A stretch of 64,000 bases of DNA from Giardia intestinalis (lineage: Eukaryota): assembly GCA_000002435.2 (NCBI GenBank), contig CM018793.1, one strand, 5' to 3'. A program made the translations under genes and the position numbers. Below the pieces are notes generated by a model that searched no databases, had not been told where the DNA came from, and saw only the letters and a program-made list of their open reading frames with translations. Numbering within the stretch: the first letter of the stretch is position 1; the number at the start of each line of letters is the position of its first letter. Positions 57,301 through 64,000 of the stretch are shown in pieces.

Positions 57301-59345
57301 TCTGTGATTTGCTCCTTGCTCTTTCTGAGCTCATCTTCTACAGATAACTTTGATAGCTTAACCTCCTCAAGCTGAAGAGAAAGGCTGGCTATCATTCTGG
57401 ACGTTCCTGAGGCATTTGTTACCTGACTAAGCTCCTCCAAGTCACGAATCTTCAAACGCTGATCATCAATAAGCTTTTCCTGTTCTGCCACTTTATCTCT
57501 TAGTTGGGTGATTGTCTCATCAACGGGAAATACTTCATTAACTGCGCTTTTTTCTAAAAATCTATAAATACTACTGTTCTTATCTATAACAATCGATGGA
57601 CTGGAAAACAAATTTGGAGCATTTAAGTCCAAGCCAAGACAATCGTTTTCCTGCATGCTTTTCAGGGTGTTCATAGATGCTCCCGATAGTCCACCATTAG
57701 GGCTAAGTAAAGAGTTGGTACTTTGAGAATCCTCCAAAATACTGCTCAGATCAGTTGGAGCAGCAATAGTAATCTTGGGTGACTCAGAGACTGCAGTTAA
57801 CACGGCGGAATTGTGGACAACCGAGGGTATGCCTGTGTGCTCATACGGGCTTGCAGTCCTAGTGAGTTGTCGTGAGGGTTCAATTGGAGAAAATGATAGA
57901 GGTTCTTCCTTTAATAAAAGAATAAGAGATTGTAAAACAGAAGACATTGCATCTGGTAGATTGGAATCGTAAATATTTGCAGATTGCACTAAAGCTTTAA
58001 GAGATTGGATTAAACCAGTGTGTTCTTGCGTCAGTGTATTAAGCTGTTCAGCCTGGTGCTGTGAGAGAGACTCGTGCTCAGACAACCGGGCCGTGAGATC
58101 AGTGATTGCTTTTTCCTTTTCTTCTAATTGGCCAAACAACAAACTGATTGCATCGTCTTCTTGTGTGAGTACCTGTTGAATATTTCCATTCTCATCCGTC
58201 AAAATAAGCTCCTTAGGAGCCTGCTCTGTATTCAGGCCAATGTTATCAGAAGCTATAGTCATAGAAGTGGACGCAGACTTGCGTTCAATCTGAATTTCTG
58301 CCTTCAAGTCAGTAATAGTCTTAGTTAGTATAGCAATAGTTCCATTTCTGAGCTCTAGCTCTTGATTTAGCAGAGCTATTTCGGCTTCCAACGTAACCTT
58401 GGCTGCTTCGTCGCTAGTTATCAGAAGGGGGTCGTTTTTAAGCAAAATATGGCCAATTTGCGATTGCATTTCTGATAGAGACAGCCGTAATCGAGTGTTT
58501 TCCTTCATTAAAGAGGCCAATTCAGGAGTTTGATTAGTCTGTAAAGATGCAGACTTAACTACTTGTTCTCCCGATGAGGTAATTATTTTATGGTCTAAAA
58601 TGTGGGCGCCTATTGTTAGAGATGCTACTTGTAATCTGAGACGTTCCAATTCTTCTTTTTGTGAACAAATAAGTGATGCTGCTGGGTATTCTTGCAACTT
58701 CCCATGTATCAATGACTCCAGCTGTTTCATCTCGTTATTCTGTCGAACAAATACATCACGAAGAACCGTGTTTGCATTCAGAAGCGCTTTGAGATCGTCG
58801 CGCTGCCGTACAACAAGAGATTGAAGGGAATCCAATTGAACATAAGCCTCAGACAGCTCGCTAACCATCTTCTTGACCTGCTCAGCGTTATACTCCTGAA
58901 CGCACGCAACGGTTTCAACCCGAAAGAGGAGTTCACCACTACCTTCACTGTCAGTGGAATTCTCCGTAGGAAGTTCCTTACTATAATACTGAGCCATAGC
59001 TCTCATAGCACGATAGCTACGAGACCAATGTGCCACATTGTATGCGGTGTATAGGTCCTTTAGGAGAATGTGGCCTTCCAAATCCAATAGGCAAAGACAC
59101 ACTTCCGGATTATCAGCTTCAGCAGCAAGCATTAGTGCTGTATAGCCCCGGTTGTCACAACAGCCTGCCTCGTGCTGCTTGAGAATATGCACCATACGAT
59201 AATCATTGCGCATTGCAGAGTACATAAGGCCTGTGAGACCGCTGGGAGTCTTAGTTCCCTTGTACCTAGCAAGGGAATGCTGAACAACTGCATAATCGGA
59301 CCGAAGAATGGCGTCAAACCAGCCTTCTTCATTCTCAATTAGCAT
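54363..59345 (-). CDS. Ankyrin / long coiled-coil (~1,300 aa) / ankyrin protein, 1,660 aa (Protein 21.1 / GASP-180-like family)
   Basis: 'MLIENEEGWFDAILRSDYAVV' plus N-terminal ANK repeats, a very long heptad region, and C-terminal ANK repeats (TALMLASQMGNKNAV..., TALDLAIKAERTEII). ATG at 59345 after 'ccgaaaaATG'. Stop TAG at 54363-54365. Confidence 0.85.
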   Translation of the reverse strand: MLIENEEGWFDAILRSDYAVVQHSLARYKGTKTPSGLTGLMYSAMRNDYRMVHILKQHEAGCCDNRGYTALMLAAEADNPEVCLCLLDLEGHILLKDLYTAYNVAHWSRSYRAMRAMAQYYSKELPTENSTDSEGSGELLFRVETVACVQEYNAEQVKKMVSELSEAYVQLDSLQSLVVRQRDDLKALLNANTVLRDVFVRQNNEMKQLESLIHGKLQEYPAASLICSQKEELERLRLQVASLTIGAHILDHKIITSSGEQVVKSASLQTNQTPELASLMKENTRLRLSLSEMQSQIGHILLKNDPLLITSDEAAKVTLEAEIALLNQELELRNGTIAILTKTITDLKAEIQIERKSASTSMTIASDNIGLNTEQAPKELILTDENGNIQQVLTQEDDAISLLFGQLEEKEKAITDLTARLSEHESLSQHQAEQLNTLTQEHTGLIQSLKALVQSANIYDSNLPDAMSSVLQSLILLLKEEPLSFSPIEPSRQLTRTASPYEHTGIPSVVHNSAVLTAVSESPKITIAAPTDLSSILEDSQSTNSLLSPNGGLSGASMNTLKSMQENDCLGLDLNAPNLFSSPSIVIDKNSSIYRFLEKSAVNEVFPVDETITQLRDKVAEQEKLIDDQRLKIRDLEELSQVTNASGTSRMIASLSLQLEEVKLSKLSVEDELRKSKEQITELEKRREEELQRTPDCAVSDKLADVSDNTDVKSVMLELQQVRDENDELSKLVHILDAKLAEYETVASAHSTDDLVDLKKQLEEKMLEVENLQEMIPLLKAKDVQIIQLTEQIALNTQAEHDLLLANDTIVQLSEKLRQISDQSCQLVDRSIMAQSLILSRSISRSSGSDNAYGQTTHIIRDYLDLEESANVLTLTQTDKRPAISDSDTIQLSSVLVHLDTSGSANPEPHVSSLQLETQIASAPKGLYSLSQEHDVKGHVPTSDTSARLRYLEELCDSLNTQNDDLQNKLSIANEQIAGQLLASANKTTEETLQQHIHKLNLEVQEKDLRIQQLQSEVQRARDASDSIIKNRQELQIRNDELQDELLDVNAQLVELRRTILQRQNAISTETQTVDNLENHDVIQFSDKIVQTAIYQSTSTKLHSNADVDNQPARDVIMQQAENLNEINEYDADPSIVNIIVPRSTSQTTTVKKSDLNVSLHDCYSELSPADSIITLSGIQYAELLQSICGGNEEDSALDLCNISTDARNSAFNHLSLSRTLSNSIQKYTEVDKVAVPNSLVQTVQHLSIQMASIQSKLHQTELLNRSLRHELLETEATRDIIDNAENELSIHQNEIRYLREELASKENQISTVTALLRKAENQLQERIALTEHDNIISDKRNAELLDLKQQKDELKGKNYEISIELESAKRQLELETSRGLQLERELSNITSELQVARREQLELRTSASQLANENLALTALIAQTQTDTATEPDINLSSTVELLESEKQELQDKLNRTVHSFINLKSHMDETTTALNRQVHDIEQQLISTRNHLSEYKESYEQLSKEHDGALQRLDALSQTNKKLRMLMADRKLDGYLESSSGIASSINTATNHKIETEDSYGDALLKEHHDDTPLMRAVLSNAPIGVLRRQLRHVGCVRPDGTTALMLASQMGNKNAVSVLREYESGVERADGATALDLAIKAERTEIIRLLLPFEKAR

Positions 59346-59638
59346 TTTTCGGAACGTTAGAAGTAGTTTGTTTTGGCTTACGTCGACCCGGTACGTTAGC
59401 TCTTACTGATGTTGTTATCCTTATAGGCCATGACATCTAGTAAACATCTTTATGCTGTCTTTTGTGTAAACGAGCTGAGTCCTGCCAAATTGAACGGTTA
59501 ATTGTTATGATTAGTTGACACTCATAGAAGAGCCAGAGAAAGAAACCTGTATCTATGCATGTACTACTTGTACTGTTTGAATGAATAAGTTTCAGGCGTA
59601 GAACATGGAGATAGACCTAAAAGCTGATACAAAAGTTT

Positions 59639-61684
59639 ATGGAGAATGACGAGCGGAAAGCCAGCCTGTCAAGCCTTTTGAGGGAATTAGAGGACAATGC
59701 AGCCCTCAGGCTAAGGTGCTTAGCTCTTGAGGAAGAGATCCAGCGGCTTAGTTTAGTCTTACAGAATACACAACAGGCAAATGATATCTTCTCTCCAAGA
59801 CTCAATGACACTAGCAATACTGCAAATATTCCATGTGGTCTCTGCACTAGCATGCTTCCAAAAGTAGCAGAATTGCAGGGAGTAGTCAACGTGCTAAATG
59901 TAGCCGTAAAGGAAGCCGCGGCGTCTAATGACACACCATCATACCGGATTCCATCAACACTAACAGAAAGCCTCAGAGAGGATATTAGAAATGCTTATCT
60001 TTGGCTCCAACGGATGCTGGAGGCACATTCAGAAGAAATCCAAGAAGATTGCAATCTGAAACAAATATCTATAGAGATACTTAAATTGCTTGCGCAGAGG
60101 GGGGAGCATAATAAGTTACTAGAAAACTACAAAGCCTTGGCTGCTGAAAATGCCGAACTTATGAAACGTATTACACAGCTAGAATGTAGAGACAGAGTAG
60201 GGACAGTAGGTGAAAGGTACGAGGAGGACAGCGAAAAAGTTATGCCAGCTGAATGTGACGTTAAGTTATTAAACGATCAGATAACCACTTTGACTCATCG
60301 CGTCGAAGCTTTAACATTTTCGAACAGGTCTCTTAAGAACGAGTTGCTAATTAAAACAAAAAGTGCATCAGCTTTAGAGTCTAAGCTTGAGAACTATATT
60401 GCCATACAGCAAAGCTATCTGGCTGTATGCGACAAGATAGAGGAGCTATGCGAGCGCACCGTTTACAGCAATAGAGAAGATGATGCCAATCTGAATAATA
60501 ATTTATTAGTTCACAATATTTGTAATACTCTGACAATCGTAGCAGATCAGCTATTTGAGATCTCTGCCCTATTCACTCAAACCAGCCCTGCAGAAATGCA
60601 GCCAGTCCTTCATCAACAACCCCATTCCTGGGGAGTAACTAGCATAATAGCCCGGTGTGCTCAGCTTAAGGATATTAACCAAAGGCTGCAAATAGAATTG
60701 GAAACAACAAAATATGAACAGTTGCATAAATTTAAGGAGCAACAGGAAATAATTGGTGCTAAAGAGAGGTATATAGAAGAGCTACTTACGAAATTATCAA
60801 TAGAAAATACTCTGTGTGCACATAGTACCGATTCCCATCAGTCACCCCTTTCAGACAGCATCGACGATGTAAAAAATATTGAAGATCTACAGAAATTTAT
60901 AGAACACTTAGAACACACAGAAAGATCTACGGCCACTTTGAGCATAAACTCTTTGAAGCAGATTTTGGCCGCCGCAAAGTCTAACTCTCTGATGGCTGAG
61001 AGTGTATTAACTAGCATATCGTCATTACGAAATGATTTACCCATAGATACGTTGAGAAATCTATCAGTAACTCTGTCAACCGGTATCCGGGATGGCACAG
61101 AGCATTCTCTATCCATTGTCACGACATCAGAAGGAACTAATACTCCAATACGTTTAACTGAGAAGGAATACCATACCCTAAAGGAAACGATTTCTGGCTT
61201 GACCCATTTATTGTTGTGCTCCTCTGATACCCTTGGGGATCAAAAAGTTGAAGAGGAGTGTGAAGCTGAAGGATGTGGTGAACGTGACTATGTACTCGAA
61301 AATAAGCAATCTCCTGGCTCAATAGAAGAAGAGTTGCCCTTGGAAGAGACAAGCAAGGTGGCCTTAAGTGAAGCTGAGAGTATATTGTTGGATAAAGGTA
61401 AAAGCGATATAGCAAGTGAAGATAAAGACACAAGTCCTCCAGAGCAGTGCTCTTCTGACTCTGGAAAAACCACTGAGAAAGGTAGCACAAGCAAACCAAC
61501 TATAATAATTAAATCCTTGAAAAAGCCTGCCCATCAGAAGCGAAAAATAAGTGTCTGTCTTTCATCACCAAGTTCAAATCAGAGCTCCCAGAAGACGATA
61601 GACTCAAATTCCGAGGATGAGTTCAGCAAAGAAAAGTCTACAACAGATAGATGGAGGGCCCTAGATACCGAAGATATATGGTAA
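59639..61684 (+). CDS. Coiled-coil protein with an acidic, Ser-rich C-terminus; hypothetical; 681 aa
   Basis: ATG at 59639 after 'ctgatacaaaagtttATG'. Heptad-rich N-terminal two-thirds. No catalytic motif. Confidence 0.7.
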   Translation: MENDERKASLSSLLRELEDNAALRLRCLALEEEIQRLSLVLQNTQQANDIFSPRLNDTSNTANIPCGLCTSMLPKVAELQGVVNVLNVAVKEAAASNDTPSYRIPSTLTESLREDIRNAYLWLQRMLEAHSEEIQEDCNLKQISIEILKLLAQRGEHNKLLENYKALAAENAELMKRITQLECRDRVGTVGERYEEDSEKVMPAECDVKLLNDQITTLTHRVEALTFSNRSLKNELLIKTKSASALESKLENYIAIQQSYLAVCDKIEELCERTVYSNREDDANLNNNLLVHNICNTLTIVADQLFEISALFTQTSPAEMQPVLHQQPHSWGVTSIIARCAQLKDINQRLQIELETTKYEQLHKFKEQQEIIGAKERYIEELLTKLSIENTLCAHSTDSHQSPLSDSIDDVKNIEDLQKFIEHLEHTERSTATLSINSLKQILAAAKSNSLMAESVLTSISSLRNDLPIDTLRNLSVTLSTGIRDGTEHSLSIVTTSEGTNTPIRLTEKEYHTLKETISGLTHLLLCSSDTLGDQKVEEECEAEGCGERDYVLENKQSPGSIEEELPLEETSKVALSEAESILLDKGKSDIASEDKDTSPPEQCSSDSGKTTEKGSTSKPTIIIKSLKKPAHQKRKISVCLSSPSSNQSSQKTIDSNSEDEFSKEKSTTDRWRALDTEDIW

Positions 61685-61686
61685 CA

Positions 61687-63882
61687 TCATAGTATTTTAT
61701 TAGAAAACCTCATGTTTACGTAGTCACACGTTTCCTTGGTAAATTGATATCTCTTAGACAAGTATAAGACCCCTTCTAAATCCCCATCAGAGCAGAGCTG
61801 TACCACAAAGCTATGTAGAGCAGCCTGCAGAAGCCATTTGCGCGTCTCAGCGGATTCACCCGATACGTCCCGACTCAGCATAAGGTTGACTGCATCACCA
61901 TAAGCTTTTACACGCATCTCCACGTCTGTGCTAAAAAGACAGGTATGCTCATATGCCCTCGAAGGCATGGAGTACGCTTTGGTATAGTGTGTGAGTGGCC
62001 GCACCGATTCATTTAGGCGACATGCAGGGCCTTTATGTCCAGGTAGATCAGTGGCCAAGGGTGCTTCCGATTCACACTGCTCCTTAAAGGCGTCGCCAGG
62101 TGTGTCACTGTCAGATAGCGTTTGAGAGCTGTGGTTACTAGTATCAGCTACATTACTTACACCGGTGTTTATCAGTAGGTGAGACAGAGTTGAAGAAGCT
62201 TCATATAGAACGTCGAAAGCACCTTGTTGATGCAAGGATGGTTTAGCCCCGAAGCTCCTCTCTATAGGTCGTTGATGAGTTGAGCAAGAATTTGCTCTAG
62301 AAAGTAAGCCTTTCGGGACTTGACTCCACAAGTCCTTTACGCATCTTTTCGCAGCACTCTTCAGAATGTGATAATCTGGTTTGGGAGTGGTAGAAACAGT
62401 AACATTGAAAAGTTCTGTAGTTGCAGTAATAGAGTAGTGATCTGTATTAGGCTCATTCTGGATTTCATTCGCTAAAGGGTTGGACTGTTTCAATTGAAGT
62501 GTGATGGTGAGCTTTGTTTCAGATGTCAGTGAAAGGTTTTTGCGTAGCATTCGTAAATAGAGTTCTGTGATCAATGGAGACACAGATTTGTCTAAAGAAA
62601 TATCGTCTTGTAGAGAGTGCACTTGTCCAGGAAGAGGTCTAGTCAGTATGCTGAGGCGCCTTAATGCCTTTGAAGATAGCGTTTCTGTAGACTTTTTGTG
62701 TATCTGTTTGCTTTCCAAGGTGTTGAGGAAAAGCTTGCGAGCTCTAGGTTGAAGCCCTTCTGTTCTGACAGGAAAAAATCCTTTCGATGCGTCATCAGTG
62801 CGCCCCTTCAGCATGGAAATTAGCTGCTTCGCTTGGTCTACGCTAATTATTTGGCAGATATCTCCAATTTGTGCACTTAGAATCTCTCCACACTTGGTAA
62901 TTCCAAGTTGTTCAGCAAATTGCTGCTCTACCTCTGAAGAAAGGCCTGGAAGAAAAGACAGAGGTCTATTAATTAACAGTGTTCTACAGGTAGATGACGT
63001 AGCAGAGAATATTCCATTAGAACCGGCCAGCTTTGTGGCAATTTGAGCTGCAAAGAGGGAGTCACCAAATCCCAAGGAGCAATGCAAGCCAGTCTCTTGA
63101 AGAACACGCTGTTGCAGTTGTAACCCTAGTGCTAAGCAACTATTACCATTAGCTGCAGAAAGACTAACGTGGCCCGATAAATCTAGAACTGCCTCGTTGT
63201 AATTCATGGGCATGATAGCTTTGCTGAACTGGCCAAGAACTTTAAATAACTCCTGACCTTTAGTATTATACATTTTGGTATCATAGCTTAGAACCTGAGT
63301 AGTGGGACAGCGTTCAAAGGCCTCTCCTACCGTCATACCAGATTCAATTCCCATTTGCTTGGCAGCCTTGGTACAGTCCAGAATAATAGCTCCATCGTTG
63401 GCTTCCTTGCTATCAAATTGGTTGGCAATAATAACGGGTGCTCCAATCAACCGTGTTCTTTCATTAGAAGACAGAAAGCTTAAGGAGGAAGATATGAAAA
63501 ATGCATCAACGTATACGTGACAAAGGACATACATGTTTTTTGAGTGTATTGGAGTGGGACCTGTTGGAGGGTGCGTTAAAAGATAGTCAGTCATTTCGAG
63601 TTTCCACGCAGACATCTGCTGATCAAAATGTTGCTTTTTGCATACAATTGGAGTTGCCCTATATGTATTTGTGACGCCGACATTTTTGTATTTAATGGAT
63701 GGGCCTCCTATGAACGATCCGCTCATCAATCTGGATCTTGGGCGCAGAAAACGCCATTGCAATAGACTCTTAGCCACTCGCATCCTTCCCTCTCTAGTAC
63801 ATTGATAGTAGTCCGCTTTGTTGAGAAACTCCTCTGGGGAAGACGGAAGCTTTTCATTTAGTAACGCCTCAATGGCCTGCAA
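61687..63882 (-). CDS. Y-family (DinB / Pol kappa-like) DNA polymerase homolog with substitutions at two of the three catalytic carboxylates; a probable pseudo-polymerase
   Basis: Collinear Y-family blocks. 'HVYVDAFFIS' aligns with HVDMDAFYA. 'LDCTKAAKQMGIESGMTVGEAFERCP' aligns with NYHARRFGVRAAMPGFIAKRLCP. 'MPMNYNEAVLDLS' aligns with MAMSLDEAYLNIT. 'SLGFGDSLFAAQIATKLAGSNGIF' aligns with SAGIAPNTMLAKVCSDKNKPNGQ. 'LPGLSSEVEQQFAEQLGITKCGEI' matches the HhH region. The Asp of motif I is Tyr here, and the SIDE Asp is Asn. The ORF-track start at 63882 is TTG. Candidate ATGs are at 63783 and at 63534 ('caaaaaacATGtat', 6 aa before motif I). There is an N-terminal extension of about 117 aa, like the Pol kappa N-clasp. 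Confidence 0.7.
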   Translation of the reverse strand: MQAIEALLNEKLPSSPEEFLNKADYYQCTREGRMRVAKSLLQWRFLRPRSRLMSGSFIGGPSIKYKNVGVTNTYRATPIVCKKQHFDQQMSAWKLEMTDYLLTHPPTGPTPIHSKNMYVLCHVYVDAFFISSSLSFLSSNERTRLIGAPVIIANQFDSKEANDGAIILDCTKAAKQMGIESGMTVGEAFERCPTTQVLSYDTKMYNTKGQELFKVLGQFSKAIMPMNYNEAVLDLSGHVSLSAANGNSCLALGLQLQQRVLQETGLHCSLGFGDSLFAAQIATKLAGSNGIFSATSSTCRTLLINRPLSFLPGLSSEVEQQFAEQLGITKCGEILSAQIGDICQIISVDQAKQLISMLKGRTDDASKGFFPVRTEGLQPRARKLFLNTLESKQIHKKSTETLSSKALRRLSILTRPLPGQVHSLQDDISLDKSVSPLITELYLRMLRKNLSLTSETKLTITLQLKQSNPLANEIQNEPNTDHYSITATTELFNVTVSTTPKPDYHILKSAAKRCVKDLWSQVPKGLLSRANSCSTHQRPIERSFGAKPSLHQQGAFDVLYEASSTLSHLLINTGVSNVADTSNHSSQTLSDSDTPGDAFKEQCESEAPLATDLPGHKGPACRLNESVRPLTHYTKAYSMPSRAYEHTCLFSTDVEMRVKAYGDAVNLMLSRDVSGESAETRKWLLQAALHSFVVQLCSDGDLEGVLYLSKRYQFTKETCDYVNMRFSNKIL

Positions 63883-64000
63883 CCTAGTAACGGCTGCAGA
63901 CTCGAAATATGCATCTGGCGACTCGTCATGATTTATTGTTTCGAACTGAGCACTCTCAACTAACCGTTGCTGCGAATGACTATCGGTAGCGAAATAGTTA

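Noticed and set aside
1-64000. A prokaryotic interpretation (operons, CRISPR, phage defence islands).
   Set aside because: Ankyrin / coiled-coil giants, a proteasome beta subunit, VPS35, TBCE, a Rictor-like protein and eukaryote-type tRNA-Glu with no encoded CCA make this eukaryotic. There are AGTAAA signals at stop codons. No CRISPR-like direct repeats or Shine-Dalgarno spacing are present.

Overview
This looks like an intron-less, very gene-dense eukaryotic chromosome segment. My best guess for the organism is Giardia intestinalis or a close diplomonad relative.

The reasons for that guess:
- ORFs are long, uninterrupted and packed on both strands.
- Intergenic regions are 15-300 bp, with short AT-rich stretches immediately 5' of the ATG.
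- AGTAAA-type poly(A) signals overlap stop codons (524-530 and 2062-2067).
- Several genes have N-terminal ankyrin repeats plus long coiled coils, in the style of the 'Protein 21.1' / GASP-180 families.
- There is a MORN-repeat protein.
- There is a 2,529-aa high-cysteine membrane protein (HCMP) with GGCY/CXXC repeats, a signal peptide, and one C-terminal TM segment with a short tail that lacks the VSP 'CRGKA' ending.

I call about 30 protein genes. The ones I can recognise are:
- VPS35 (PRLYL motif);
- a 20S proteasome beta-3-like subunit;
- tubulin cofactor E (CAP-Gly plus LRR);
- a DHH-family (family II) inorganic pyrophosphatase with a CBS-domain insert;
- a 2,468-aa Rictor-like protein;
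- a Pol-kappa/DinB-like Y-family polymerase homolog in which two of the three catalytic carboxylates are replaced.

There is also a cluster of at least five ankyrin/coiled-coil paralogs.

The most striking structure is a pair of apparently identical 2,336-bp inverted repeats at 42462-44797 and 52022-54357. They flank the body of the HCMP gene. Each arm carries a tRNA-Glu(CUC) gene, 1.2 kb of AT-rich non-coding DNA, the GC-rich 3' end of the HCMP, and the GC-rich 3' end of an ankyrin/coiled-coil gene. The left arm supplies the real 3' ends of two genes. The right arm leaves two 3' gene fragments, one of which has acquired its own ATG.

Many 60-170-aa ORFs in the six-frame track are stop-poor antisense frames of GC-rich coding DNA, and I did not call them.

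Several ORF-track starts are non-ATG codons (TTG or GTG). For those I give the first in-frame ATG that has an AT-rich upstream element.
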